From Rickettsia typhi (GTDB taxonomy: Bacteria > Pseudomonadota > Alphaproteobacteria > WRAU01 > Hepatincolaceae), in assembly GCA_945888065.1 (NCBI GenBank), contig CAMCZU010000003.1, positions 1,560 through 65,559 of the forward strand: a stretch of DNA of 64,000 nucleotides, written 5' to 3'. Positions within the stretch are counted from its first letter, which is position 1. Every line of letters starts with the position of its first letter. Under the pieces are notes generated by a model, which saw nothing but the letters and a program-made list of their open reading frames with translations, ran no database searches and was not told the DNA's origin. The translations under genes and the position numbers were made by a program. Positions 9,299 through 19,334 of this stretch are shown piece by piece.

Positions 9299-10300
9299 AT
9301 GAAAAAAACTATATTTTCAGGAATTCAGCCAACAGGTTCTGTTCATTTAGGTAATTATATGGGAGCAATTGTTAATTGGCTTGATTTGCAACAAAATAAA
9401 GATTATAAAAATATTTATTGTATTGTAGATTTACATGCTATTACTGTATATAATTCTCCAAATGATCTTTATAATAATTGCATAGATATGTTAGCTTTTT
9501 TATTAGCTTGTGGCATTGATGATAAAAATTCAGTATTATTTTTACAAAGTCAAAACCCTCATCATAGCGAACTAGCTTGGATTTTTAATTGTATTGCAAG
9601 AATTGGTTGGTTAAATAGGATGACTCAATTTAAAGATAAATCTGGAAAAAATAAAGAAAATAGTGCTGTAGGGTTATATACATATCCAAATTTAATGGCA
9701 GCAGATATTTTATTATACGACACACACATAGTTCCAGTAGGAGAAGATCAGGTTCAGCATGTTGAATTAACAAGAGACATTGCTAATAAATTTAATCACG
9801 ATTATGCAAATATTTTTTTATTACCAGAGGTTTTAATTAAAAAAGATACTGCTAGAATTATGTCTTTAAAAGATGCTACAAAAAAAATGAGTAAATCTGA
9901 TGAGTCTAGTGGATCTAAAATTTTATTCAGTGATAGTGATGATGAAATCGTGAAAAAAATTGCTAAAGCACAAACAGATGCTCTTAAAATGCCACAAAGC
10001 ATTAATGATTTAGAAGGTAGGCTAGAAGTAGTTAATTTATTTAAAATATATCAATATTGCTATAATATCTCTTTACAAGAGGTCATCAATTTATATCAAG
10101 ATAAAAATTTTGCTATATTTAAAAAAGATTTATCAGAAGGATTAATAAAGCTAATTTCTCCTATTCGTGAAAAAAAATCAAAATTATTAAAAGATAAACC
10201 CTATTTGTTAAATATTTTAAAGCAAGGTAAAGAAAAATCTATAGAATTATCATATAGCAAGTTGTGTGAAATAAAAAAAGCTATTGGCTTTATAATATAA
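9299..10300 (+). CDS. trpS: Tryptophan--tRNA ligase
   Basis: SGIQPTGSVHLGNYMGA (HIGH-type), VPVGEDQVQHVELTRDIA and KMSKS. Confidence 0.96.
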   Translation: MKKTIFSGIQPTGSVHLGNYMGAIVNWLDLQQNKDYKNIYCIVDLHAITVYNSPNDLYNNCIDMLAFLLACGIDDKNSVLFLQSQNPHHSELAWIFNCIARIGWLNRMTQFKDKSGKNKENSAVGLYTYPNLMAADILLYDTHIVPVGEDQVQHVELTRDIANKFNHDYANIFLLPEVLIKKDTARIMSLKDATKKMSKSDESSGSKILFSDSDDEIVKKIAKAQTDALKMPQSINDLEGRLEVVNLFKIYQYCYNISLQEVINLYQDKNFAIFKKDLSEGLIKLISPIREKKSKLLKDKPYLLNILKQGKEKSIELSYSKLCEIKKAIGFII

Positions 10301-10328
10301 ATATAATAATAAATAAAGGTTAACTAAA

Positions 10329-10904
10329 ATGTTTATACAAATTCAAGATACCCCAAATCCTAATACTTTAAAATTTTTATTGGATTCACCTATTTTAAAA
10401 GATAGCAAAACTTTTCATTTTAATAATGAAGTAGAGGCATCACAATCTTTATTAGCTAAAAAATTATTTGAAATAGGCAATATTACTAAAATATTTTTAG
10501 GGTATAATTTTATATCTGTTTCTATTAATGATGAAAATCAATGGGATATCTTAAAACCAAAAATATTAGGCTATATTAATGATTTTCTAAATACTGGGTT
10601 AGATGTTGTGTCTAAGGAAACAGATATCTTATATGAAGAAAAGCCTGTAGGTAAAAATTTAGAAGAACAAGAGGTTATAGATAAAATATTTGAAATTATA
10701 CAAGAAAGAGTAAGGCCAGCAGTAGCTATGGATGGTGGAGATATTATTTTTAAAGAATATAAAGAAGGGATCGTATATTTGTCTATGCAAGGATCTTGTT
10801 CTGGTTGCCCTAGTTCTACTATGACTTTAAAAGTTGGAATTGAAAATATGTTAAAATATTATGTTCCACAAGTAATAGAGGTTGTTAGTATTGAAGACAA
10901 TTAA
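10329..10904 (+). CDS. NifU/Nfu-type Fe-S cluster assembly protein
   Basis: Nfu_N start (IQDTPNPNTLKF) plus a C-terminal NifU domain (RPAVAMDGGDI ... GSCSGCPSS). Confidence 0.9.
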   Translation: MFIQIQDTPNPNTLKFLLDSPILKDSKTFHFNNEVEASQSLLAKKLFEIGNITKIFLGYNFISVSINDENQWDILKPKILGYINDFLNTGLDVVSKETDILYEEKPVGKNLEEQEVIDKIFEIIQERVRPAVAMDGGDIIFKEYKEGIVYLSMQGSCSGCPSSTMTLKVGIENMLKYYVPQVIEVVSIEDN

Positions 10905-11889
10905 AGAAATTAATTTTAATAAAAAAAAATTTATACAAACAATTTTGTATTTTAAAAAAAATATTTTTATTATTCTTGTATTTTTGTTGTTTTATATTTT
11001 TTATATTTACACTCAAGATATTTTTAGCAATGAATATATTTTAGAAAATTTTATTGATAGTAAAGTTTATTCAAAAAAATGTTTAACTTTAGTTGATAAT
11101 AAAGAATTGCCTAATAATATTTATAATTTTTTTATAAAAAACAATGTAAAAGAAAAAATAATACCTGTTTTTTTTAGCAATATTACTAAAAATTTAAGTT
11201 TAGAAACTGATGATAAAGTAAAAAAATACATTTTTATTAATATTTTAACACCTCTTATAATTAAATATAATCAAGAAGCACTTAAAGATAGAGAGTCTTT
11301 GTTAGCAATTAACAGCAAACTTTTAAGTGAGCCATTAAATGATAATGATTTTAATACTATAAAATTATTATCATTTAAGTATAATATTCAAATGCAAGGT
11401 GAAAATTTTTGGGATTATACATTTGCACTAGAAGCATTAATATATAATATTGACATTATTCCAACTAGTTTGTTATTAGCGGTTTTTGCAAAAGAAAGCA
11501 ATTGGGGAGAATCTAATAATATTGTAAAATATAATTCTATTATTTCAAATATTGAGGGAAAAAGCTTGTCTATAAATAAATTATTTACAAATCAGGATAA
11601 GTATATAGAAAAATTTTCTAGCTTAGAAGAATCAATTAAATTTTATTATCATATAATTAATACAAGTGATAAATACAAAAATTTTAGAAAAATAAGACAT
11701 AATATGAGAGTAGATAATAGTTTTAATATATTAAGATTAGCAAGAGTATTTGTTGCAGATTTTAAAAATAAAGATCTGGTATATTTAGAAGATTTATTAC
11801 ATATTTTTAATAAAAATAAATCTCTTTTTTATGAAGATAATGTAGATTATAACCAAAAATATAATTCAACTTGTTTAAATATTAAATAA
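10882..11889 (+). CDS. Membrane-anchored glucosaminidase-domain protein (Bax/FlgJ-like)
   Basis: N-terminal TM (IFIILVFLLFYIFYIY). LLLAVFAKESNWGES resembles the glucosaminidase catalytic-Glu motif (A..ESGWG.S), followed by SLEESIKFYYHIIN...YKNFRKIR. The start is uncertain: it is a TTG overlapping the nfu gene by 23 nt. Confidence 0.7.
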   Translation: MLVLKTIKEINFNKKKFIQTILYFKKNIFIILVFLLFYIFYIYTQDIFSNEYILENFIDSKVYSKKCLTLVDNKELPNNIYNFFIKNNVKEKIIPVFFSNITKNLSLETDDKVKKYIFINILTPLIIKYNQEALKDRESLLAINSKLLSEPLNDNDFNTIKLLSFKYNIQMQGENFWDYTFALEALIYNIDIIPTSLLLAVFAKESNWGESNNIVKYNSIISNIEGKSLSINKLFTNQDKYIEKFSSLEESIKFYYHIINTSDKYKNFRKIRHNMRVDNSFNILRLARVFVADFKNKDLVYLEDLLHIFNKNKSLFYEDNVDYNQKYNSTCLNIK

Positions 11890-11890
11890 T

Positions 11891-12571
11891 ATGAAAGTTA
11901 TTGCTTTAGAAAGCTGTAATAGGCTATCATTAGGTTTGTTTGATAATAAAAATATTATTAATAAAGCTGAATTTTATGATACAGATATTGCAGATACTTT
12001 GCTTTTAAAAATTAAAGAATTTTTAGCAATTAATAAGACAAAATCATTAGATTTAAATGGAGTTGCTGTTGTGGTTGGACCAGGATCTTTTACAGGGATT
12101 AGGTCTGTAGTATTGGTTGCTAAAATTTTAAGGCTTATATTAAAAATACCTGTTCTTCCTGTCAATGCATTACATTTATTGCATCAAAATGCTTTAAGAA
12201 AAAGAGTATTTAATGATAATGATTTAATTTTGTGCACACTCAGTGTTGGTAATTCTGGGATAGCACTAGCATTATTTGATAACAATCAAAATGAAGTAGA
12301 AAAAACTCAATTTGTATTGTTTAGTGATTTAGAAGATTTTTTATTAAAGTTTTATGCAAAAAATATATATGTAATTGGCTCTGGAATGGATAAATTAAAA
12401 AATTTAGATAAAAATTACAATTTAATATATTTAGAAGATATAATTCATCCAAATATAGAAGATGTAAGAAATTTTTTTAGTGATTTCTCATTTCTTTCTT
12501 TAAACACTACAATAGAACCATTATATATTACACAACCTAATATTATTATAAAAAATTATGGACTTAAATAA
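11891..12571 (+). CDS. tsaB: tRNA t6A37 modification protein TsaB (YeaZ)
   Basis: VVVGPGSFTGIRSVVLVAK is the hallmark TsaB/YeaZ motif. 226 aa. Confidence 0.88.
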   Translation: MKVIALESCNRLSLGLFDNKNIINKAEFYDTDIADTLLLKIKEFLAINKTKSLDLNGVAVVVGPGSFTGIRSVVLVAKILRLILKIPVLPVNALHLLHQNALRKRVFNDNDLILCTLSVGNSGIALALFDNNQNEVEKTQFVLFSDLEDFLLKFYAKNIYVIGSGMDKLKNLDKNYNLIYLEDIIHPNIEDVRNFFSDFSFLSLNTTIEPLYITQPNIIIKNYGLK

Positions 12572-13922
12572 AACTATGGAAATAAAAAAATATCATATAA
12601 AAACTTGGGGATGCCAAATGAATGAGTATGATTCCAATAGAATTGGAGAAGTATTACAATCTTTAGGCTATGAACATACAGATATTGTTTCAGAATGCGA
12701 TATTGTAGTATTAAATACATGCCATATCAGAGAAAAAGCTACTGAAAAAATTTATTCAGACATTGGCAGATTAAAAATTATTAAAGATAGAAGAAAAACA
12801 ATAGGTAAAAATCTTATTATTGCTGTATCTGGTTGTGTTGCACAAGCAGAAGGGCAAGAAATTATTAAAAGAGCTCCAATTGTAGATTTAGTTTTTGGTC
12901 CACAAACGTGGCACAAATTGAAAGATATGATATCAAGTATTGAAGATAATCACAAAAGAGTGTGTAATACAGATTTTCCTGTAGAAGAAAAGTTTGATAA
13001 TTTACCTACGAATTTTGATAAATCTAGAATAGTTAACAATTCTGCTTTTCTTGCAATTCAAGAAGGTTGTGATAAGTTTTGCACTTATTGTGTAGTTCCA
13101 TATACAAGAGGCGCTGAATATTCAAGACCAATATGGCAAGTATTAAATGAATGTGAGCTATTAGTAAAAGAAGGTGCAAAAGAAATTACATTGCTAGGAC
13201 AAAATGTTAATGCTTATCACGGATTAAATTTTGATAATACCTCTATAAGCTTAGGGCAATTAATTAGAAAATTATCTACCATTGAAAATTTAAAACGAAT
13301 AAGATACACAACTTCATATCCTGCAGAAGTTGACGATGATTTAATTTTAGCTCATAAAGATGTAGAAAAATTAATGCCATTTTTACATTTGCCTATTCAA
13401 TCTGGTTCTAATAAAATTTTACATCTAATGAATAGAAGGCATAGTGTAGATGAATACTTAAAATTAATAGATAAATTAAGAAATGCAAATCCTAATTTAG
13501 CATTTTCATCAGATTTTATAGTTGGATTTCCAGGGGAAAGCGACGAAGATTTTAAAGATACTTTAAAGATTATTGAAGAAGTTCAATTTATTCAGGCTTA
13601 TTCATTTGCATATAGTATAAGACCAGGCACCCCAGCAGGTTTGATGGAAAATCAAATCAATGAAGATATAAAACTAGAAAGGCTACATATTTTGCAAGAT
13701 TTACTATCTAAATATCAAATAAAATTTAATAATGATTCTGTAGGTAAAGTATATGATGTTTTATTAACCAAAGAAGGTAAAAAAAACAATCAACTGGTAG
13801 GGAAAAGTCCTTATATGCAAGCGGTATGTGTAGATACAACTACTAACAAACTAGGAGATATAGTGAAAGTAAAAATTACTCAAGCAAATCCAAATAGTTT
13901 ATTTGGTGATATTATTGTATAA
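12558..13922 (+). CDS. miaB: tRNA-2-methylthio-N6-dimethylallyladenosine synthase MiaB
   Basis: UPF0004 N-terminal domain (IKTWGCQMN ... LNTCHIREKA), radical-SAM CDKFCTYCVVPYTRG, and a C-terminal TRAM domain. Confidence 0.96.
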   Translation: MDLNKTMEIKKYHIKTWGCQMNEYDSNRIGEVLQSLGYEHTDIVSECDIVVLNTCHIREKATEKIYSDIGRLKIIKDRRKTIGKNLIIAVSGCVAQAEGQEIIKRAPIVDLVFGPQTWHKLKDMISSIEDNHKRVCNTDFPVEEKFDNLPTNFDKSRIVNNSAFLAIQEGCDKFCTYCVVPYTRGAEYSRPIWQVLNECELLVKEGAKEITLLGQNVNAYHGLNFDNTSISLGQLIRKLSTIENLKRIRYTTSYPAEVDDDLILAHKDVEKLMPFLHLPIQSGSNKILHLMNRRHSVDEYLKLIDKLRNANPNLAFSSDFIVGFPGESDEDFKDTLKIIEEVQFIQAYSFAYSIRPGTPAGLMENQINEDIKLERLHILQDLLSKYQIKFNNDSVGKVYDVLLTKEGKKNNQLVGKSPYMQAVCVDTTTNKLGDIVKVKITQANPNSLFGDIIV

Positions 13923-13943
13923 ATTATAATTAAAATATTTAAG

Positions 13944-14465
13944 ATGCTATATTTATATCAAAAATCTGTTCAAAGCAATCTGTGTATTAAAGAGATAAAT
14001 TGTTTAAAAAAAATTGCAAAAGATAGCTTATCAATTGCTCTTAGTATTGTGTTAAAAAATTTTTATCAACAATTAAATGAAAAAAATTTTATTCTAGAAT
14101 TGTTTTTTATTAATGATAATTATATGAAAAAAATTAATTTCAAATACAGAAATATCAATAAACCTACAAATGTGCTATCTTTACAATTGATAGATAAAAA
14201 TGATTTTATAAATGGTATATCTTTTATAGAAATAGCTTTAGGTAGTATTTTTATTTCAACGGATACTTTAGTTAAAGAATCTAAGGAGCACAATATAGAT
14301 ATACAGGATTATTTTATTCAGTTAGCTGTTCACGGGTTATTACATTTATTTGGTTATGATCATAATAATGATAAAGAGGCACAATTGATGACTAATATAG
14401 AAGAACAAATTTTAAACTCATTGCAAGTAAATGCAAAAAGTATTGTTAGTAATTATTGGAATTAA
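13944..14465 (+). CDS. ybeY: rRNA maturation endoribonuclease YbeY
   Basis: Zinc motif HGLLHLFGYDH. 173 aa. Confidence 0.93.
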   Translation: MLYLYQKSVQSNLCIKEINCLKKIAKDSLSIALSIVLKNFYQQLNEKNFILELFFINDNYMKKINFKYRNINKPTNVLSLQLIDKNDFINGISFIEIALGSIFISTDTLVKESKEHNIDIQDYFIQLAVHGLLHLFGYDHNNDKEAQLMTNIEEQILNSLQVNAKSIVSNYWN

Positions 14466-15346
14466 AGGTTGTTAAATTGGGTATTATAAAAAAAATTAAA
14501 AGTTATTTGTCTTGGAATACTATATTTTTTAATAAAAATAAAATGCAAGACTATACATATGAAAAATTATTAGATTTAATAATTTCTTATGATAAAAATG
14601 ATAATTCTAATTCCATAACAGAAAGATATTTATTTAGAAATATTATTTCTTTAAGAAATAAGCAGGTTCAAGATATTATGATACCTAGGGTTGATATTGT
14701 AGCTATTGAAAATTGTTTGCATATTGATAATATTTTGCAAATTATGTATAAAAGTGGCTATTCAAGATTACCAGTATATAAAGATAACCTAGATAATGTA
14801 GTTGGTTTTGTTCATATTAAAGATTTAATACCTACTTTAAGTAAAAAATCGGACTTAGAAATTGATAGTGTGTTGAGACAAGTAATTTTTATTTCTCCAT
14901 ATATGAATTTATTTAATTTATTATATGAAATGAAAATAAAAAGAATACATATGGCAATTGTTGTAGATGAGTTTGGTGGTATTGATGGTTTAATTACTAT
15001 AGAAGATGTTATGGAAGAAATTGTAGGAGATATAACAGATGAACACGATAAAATACCTACACAAATGATTTATTTTTTGCCTAACAATCTTATAGAGGTT
15101 GATGCTAAAATTTTTTTAGAAGAATTAGAAGAGGTTTTACATATTAAATTTAGTGAAGAAGAAAAAGAAGAATCTAATACCCTATCTGGTTTACTAATTA
15201 CCTTGCTTGGCTATATACCATCAAAAAATGAGTTAATAAAGCACGAAAATTTAGGTTTAGAGTTTAAAATTCTTTCTGTAGGACCCTTAAAAATAAACAA
15301 GGTGTGTATTTATGGATATGTTAATCCACAAATTAAAGATAAATAA
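14456..15346 (+). CDS. CBS-pair/CorC_HlyC domain protein (CorC/TlyC, hemolysin family)
   Basis: IMIPRVDIVAI, YSRLPVY, MAIVVDEFGGIDGLITIEDVMEEIVGDITDEHD. Canonical position between ybeY and lnt. The start is a TTG and is uncertain. Confidence 0.9.
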   Translation: MELKVVKLGIIKKIKSYLSWNTIFFNKNKMQDYTYEKLLDLIISYDKNDNSNSITERYLFRNIISLRNKQVQDIMIPRVDIVAIENCLHIDNILQIMYKSGYSRLPVYKDNLDNVVGFVHIKDLIPTLSKKSDLEIDSVLRQVIFISPYMNLFNLLYEMKIKRIHMAIVVDEFGGIDGLITIEDVMEEIVGDITDEHDKIPTQMIYFLPNNLIEVDAKIFLEELEEVLHIKFSEEEKEESNTLSGLLITLLGYIPSKNELIKHENLGLEFKILSVGPLKINKVCIYGYVNPQIKDK

Positions 15347-16877
15347 TTTTTTTTATCAATTATTTTATATTGCATTATGTGGTAGCTTATTTGTGTTATC
15401 ATTTCCACCATTTAATAATGTATTATGTGTTATTTTATCTGTATGTGGAATTAGCTATTTAATTTTGCAATCTAATAATTATAAAACTTTGCTTTGCCAA
15501 GCTTTAGTGCTGTCTTTTAGCATATCTTTTATTGGATGTTATTGGATTTCATATTCTAGTTATTATGTTGTATATAATTTTTTTTTAGCTCAATTAATTT
15601 TAATTGGCTTTGGATTTTTATATACTATATTTCTGCTTCCTACATTTTTACTTATTTTTTTAACTAAAAATCACAAAACATATGTTGTCTTAATTTCTAC
15701 TTGGGTAGCTTGGTGTATGTTTGATGTGTGTAAATTGTATCTCTTGGGTGGATTTCCTTGGTTTATGGTTGCAAGTATATGGGATTTTGATATTTATATG
15801 TTGCAAATAGCCTCTATTGTAGGGGAAATTGGATTGAGCATTATAACATATGGTTTATTAATATTATGCTTTGGTTTGTTATTAAATTTGAGTATAAAAG
15901 TTAAAATTATTTTTGTTATTATGTTATGTGTAATTATTTTTATATGCCATTGTTTAGGTTATTATATAATTAAAAAATTTGATAGCAACAACAACTTTAA
16001 CACAACTAGTATCAGGTTGGTTCAGCCTAATATTAATCAAATGGATAAACAAAATTTTTATAAACAAAATGAAAATTTTAATAAAATTGTTGAATTAGCA
16101 TTTTCAAATATTTCATATAATAAGAAAAATATTGATTATATTGTTTTGCCAGAGGTAGCATTTAATATTGTTTTAGAGGATAATAAAAATTTATTTAATA
16201 AGCTTCTTCAATCTATACCACAAAATAGCTATCTGTTAACAGGAACACTAAGAGAAGAAAATAATAGTTTCTATAATAGTTTTTATATTCTTAAAAGACA
16301 GGAAACACACAAATATAAAGTTGATAATTTTTATGATAAATTATTATTGGTTCCATTTGGTGAATATATTCCTTTATCTAAGATGCTACCTTTTATTAAT
16401 AACTTTGTTGGGTTAAGTAATTTACAATCTGGTGATGAACAGAAAATATTTAATGTTAAAAATCATAAATTTAGTGTTTTAATTTGCTTTGAAGGGGTTT
16501 TTCCTAACAAATTAAACTCATCGCAAATAGATTGGTTATTAAATATTAGCAATGAGGCTTGGTTTAATAGATCTATAGAGTTTAAACAAAATAATTCTTT
16601 GTTAAGATTTAGAAGCATTGAAGGTGGTATTCCTTTAGTTAAGGTTGCTAATACTGGTGAATCTATCGTATTAGATGCTTTAGGAAGAATAACTAATCGT
16701 ATCAATCCATATACTGCACAAGTATTAGATATAGATTTACAATTAAGAAAAAAAAATGTAGTATTTTCTTTATTAATACATAATTTTTTGTTATATTGTA
16801 TAATATTTATGTATATTATAATCTATTTGATGTTGTTTATTTATAATAACAAAGATTTTAGTTATAAGAAAAAGTAA
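15312..16877 (+). CDS. lnt: Apolipoprotein N-acyltransferase
   Basis: Multi-TM N-terminus plus a CN-hydrolase domain (IVLPE, FSVLICFEG with the catalytic Cys, NISNEAWF) and a final TM. Confidence 0.92.
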   Translation: MDMLIHKLKINNFFYQLFYIALCGSLFVLSFPPFNNVLCVILSVCGISYLILQSNNYKTLLCQALVLSFSISFIGCYWISYSSYYVVYNFFLAQLILIGFGFLYTIFLLPTFLLIFLTKNHKTYVVLISTWVAWCMFDVCKLYLLGGFPWFMVASIWDFDIYMLQIASIVGEIGLSIITYGLLILCFGLLLNLSIKVKIIFVIMLCVIIFICHCLGYYIIKKFDSNNNFNTTSIRLVQPNINQMDKQNFYKQNENFNKIVELAFSNISYNKKNIDYIVLPEVAFNIVLEDNKNLFNKLLQSIPQNSYLLTGTLREENNSFYNSFYILKRQETHKYKVDNFYDKLLLVPFGEYIPLSKMLPFINNFVGLSNLQSGDEQKIFNVKNHKFSVLICFEGVFPNKLNSSQIDWLLNISNEAWFNRSIEFKQNNSLLRFRSIEGGIPLVKVANTGESIVLDALGRITNRINPYTAQVLDIDLQLRKKNVVFSLLIHNFLLYCIIFMYIIIYLMLFIYNNKDFSYKKK

Positions 16878-16908
16878 TTATGTAAACATATGGGAATTTA
16901 CTAAAATA

Positions 16909-17313
16909 ATGAATATTGATATAAAAAATAATCGTTCTACTCAAGATGTAGATGTGTATGCTGGAATGCAACTTCGTAAGAGAAGACAAGAATTAAAGAT
17001 TTCACAAAAAACTTTGGCAGAAAAAGTAAATGTTACATTTCAACAAATTCAAAAATATGAAAAAGGTTTAAACAGAATAGGTGTTAGTAGGCTTTATGAG
17101 TTTTGTCAAATATTGCAAGTTAAACCAAGTTATTTTTTTCAAGATTTTAAATATAATTCAGAGATTTTATCGGATGTAGACAGAGTAGCTGAAAATAAAG
17201 ATAATTCTGATGATATGGTGTTATTTATTTCTAAATTAAAACAAATAACAGATGCAGATAAAAAAAAATTAGTATTAGATTTGTTAGATTCCATAATCTC
17301 ATCTAATAAGTAA
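16909..17313 (+). CDS. XRE-family helix-turn-helix transcriptional regulator
   Basis: LRKRRQELKISQKTLAEKVNVTFQQIQKYEKGLNRIGVSRLYEFCQILQV is a classic HTH_3 domain. It sits in the conserved lnt / metK position seen in alphaproteobacteria. Confidence 0.88.
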   Translation: MNIDIKNNRSTQDVDVYAGMQLRKRRQELKISQKTLAEKVNVTFQQIQKYEKGLNRIGVSRLYEFCQILQVKPSYFFQDFKYNSEILSDVDRVAENKDNSDDMVLFISKLKQITDADKKKLVLDLLDSIISSNK

Positions 17314-17322
17314 AAATTAAGT

Positions 17323-17342
17323 AGCAATATAAAGCAATATAA
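17323..17342. repeat. Perfect tandem direct repeat, 2 x AGCAATATAA, in the XRE-metK spacer
   Basis: Read directly: agcaatataa at 17323-17332 and again at 17333-17342, about 22 nt upstream of the metK ATG. Function unknown. Confidence 0.9.
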
Positions 17343-17364
17343 TATTTATAATGAGGTTTTTATT

Positions 17365-18540
17365 ATGAGAGTTTATTATTTTACAAGTGAGTCTGTTTCT
17401 GAGGGTCATCCAGATAAAGTTGCAGATCAAATTTCTGATGCTGTGTTAGATTATTTTATTTCAAAAGATAAAAATGCTAGGGTTGCTTGTGAAACTTTAG
17501 TGACTACAAATAAGGTTGTTTTAGCTGGAGAAATAAAAGCAAATTTTGCTTGGTCTAAAGAAGATATTAATAAAGTAGTTGTTGAAGCTATTAAATTAAT
17601 TGGTTATGAGCAAGAAGGGTTTCACTGGAAAAATTTAAGTATTGATAATTATTTGCACGCTCAATCTGCTCATATTGCACAAGGTGTTGATGAAGGTGTA
17701 AATAAAGAAGAAGGTGCTGGAGATCAAGGTATTATGTTTGGATACGCTTGTGATGATACATCTGAATTAATGCCATTTACAATTTATTATTCTCATAGAA
17801 TATTAGAAGAGTTAAGTAAAAAAAGAAAAAATAATGAAATTAAAGGTTTATTACAAGATGCAAAAAGCCAAGTTACTATTGAATATGAAGATGGTATTCC
17901 AAAAAGAATTCAAAGTGTTGTAGTTTCTCATCAGCATATAGAAGGCTTAACACAACAAGATGTAGAAAAAATAGTAATGCCAGTTTTAAAATCTGTATTC
18001 CCTGAAAGTTTATATAATCCAAACAATTGTATTCATCATATTAACCCTACAGGTTTGTTTGTAATTGGTGGTCCCGATGGAGACAGCGGTTTAACTGGTA
18101 GAAAAATTATTGTTGATACATATGGTGGAGTTGCTCCTCATGGTGGAGGGGCTTTTTCTGGTAAAGATCCTACAAAAGTAGATAGATCAGCTGCATACAT
18201 AGCTAGATATTTAGCAAAAAATATTGTATCTGCATCTTTAGCAAAAAAATGCACAATTCAATTATCTTATGCAATTGGTGTAGCTCAACCTGTATCAATT
18301 TTTGTTGATACTCATAACACATCTAAAATTAATCCAAAATTAATAGAAGATTTTATTAAAGAAAATGTAGATTTATCACCAAAAGGAATTAGAACAAGAT
18401 TAAAATTAAATAATCCTATTTATCTTCCAACAGCATCTTATGGGCATTTTGGTAGACAATCTTATGTAAAAGATGGAATAGAATATTTTACTTGGGAAAA
18501 GCTTGATTTAGTTGATTCTTTAAAAAAAGCATTTAATTAA
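17365..18540 (+). CDS. metK: S-adenosylmethionine synthase
   Basis: [26 protein letters not shown] and [24 protein letters not shown] Shine-Dalgarno lies 8 nt upstream. Confidence 0.98.
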   Translation: MRVYYFTSESVSEGHPDKVADQISDAVLDYFISKDKNARVACETLVTTNKVVLAGEIKANFAWSKEDINKVVVEAIKLIGYEQEGFHWKNLSIDNYLHAQSAHIAQGVDEGVNKEEGAGDQGIMFGYACDDTSELMPFTIYYSHRILEELSKKRKNNEIKGLLQDAKSQVTIEYEDGIPKRIQSVVVSHQHIEGLTQQDVEKIVMPVLKSVFPESLYNPNNCIHHINPTGLFVIGGPDGDSGLTGRKIIVDTYGGVAPHGGGAFSGKDPTKVDRSAAYIARYLAKNIVSASLAKKCTIQLSYAIGVAQPVSIFVDTHNTSKINPKLIEDFIKENVDLSPKGIRTRLKLNNPIYLPTASYGHFGRQSYVKDGIEYFTWEKLDLVDSLKKAFN

Positions 18541-18549
18541 TGTTTAGTT

Positions 18550-19224
18550 GTGGCAAATTTTATTAATTTTTATGGTAGACGAGTTTCTCATTTAACAAAA
18601 TCTTTGGAAAATTGTTTAAAAAATAATTTGCCACAATATGAAATATCTGTTAATAAAGATAACACTATTGATTTTATTAATAATTTACAATTATATAAAA
18701 CAATTAATTTAGAAATAGGATTCGGTTCTGGAGATTTTTTGTATAATATTGCATCAAAAAATCCCAATGAATTTTATTTGGGGATTGAAGTTTTTATAAA
18801 TGGTGTTTGTAGCCTGTTAAAAAAACTAGAGACTACACATTTAGATAATTTAAAAATTTTTAATAAAAATGTTTATTTAATTCTTAATTTATTTGAAAAT
18901 AAATTTTTTGATAATATTTTTATTTTATTTCCAGACCCTTGGCATAAATCTCGCCATCATAAAAGAAGAATAATAAATCAAGAAAACTTAAATATATTTT
19001 ATGAAATATTAAAGCCAAATGGTAAGCTATATTTTGTTACAGATTACAAAGAGTATGCAGAATATACTTTAAGAGAGGTTAACAATAATGCTAAGTTTAG
19101 CTCTGAATATAAAGATATTAATCAAGCCTTAAGCTGCCCTTGGGAAGATTTTTTTACCAAATATTATCAAAAAGCTGTAAGCAAAAAGAGCGATATATAT
19201 TATTTTTTATTTAATAAAAGTTAG
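18550..19224 (+). CDS. trmB: tRNA (guanine46-N7)-methyltransferase
   Basis: EIGFGSGDF (SAM motif) and FPDPWHKSRHHKRR. GTG start. Confidence 0.92.
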   Translation: MANFINFYGRRVSHLTKSLENCLKNNLPQYEISVNKDNTIDFINNLQLYKTINLEIGFGSGDFLYNIASKNPNEFYLGIEVFINGVCSLLKKLETTHLDNLKIFNKNVYLILNLFENKFFDNIFILFPDPWHKSRHHKRRIINQENLNIFYEILKPNGKLYFVTDYKEYAEYTLREVNNNAKFSSEYKDINQALSCPWEDFFTKYYQKAVSKKSDIYYFLFNKS

Positions 19225-19274
19225 TTGATAAATAAAATAAAATCATTTAAACTATTGTTTAGTTAGATGTTTTT

Positions 19275-19304
19275 AAAAAAAAGGCGGTTAATCCGTCTTT
19301 TTTT
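19275..19304 (+). terminator. Rho-independent terminator-like hairpin after trmB
   Basis: AAAAAAAA-GGCGG-TTAAT-CCGTC-TTTTTTT: a 5-bp G/C stem (one G-U pair) flanked by complementary A and T runs. It is a conspicuous GC patch in an AT-rich spacer. Confidence 0.7.
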
Positions 19305-19334
19305 ATATTAAATAGGTGAACAATAATAAAATAA

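Noticed and set aside
16909-17313. XRE-family HTH gene as an antitoxin or prophage repressor, hinting at a TA or defence module
   Set aside because: There is no partner toxin ORF; the only neighbour frame is a 62-aa antisense shadow. The gene occupies the conserved housekeeping position between lnt and metK.
17347-17352. TATAAT upstream of metK as its -10 box
   Set aside because: It abuts the Shine-Dalgarno, so a transcript started from it would lack the ribosome-binding site. TATAAT strings are also very frequent in this composition.
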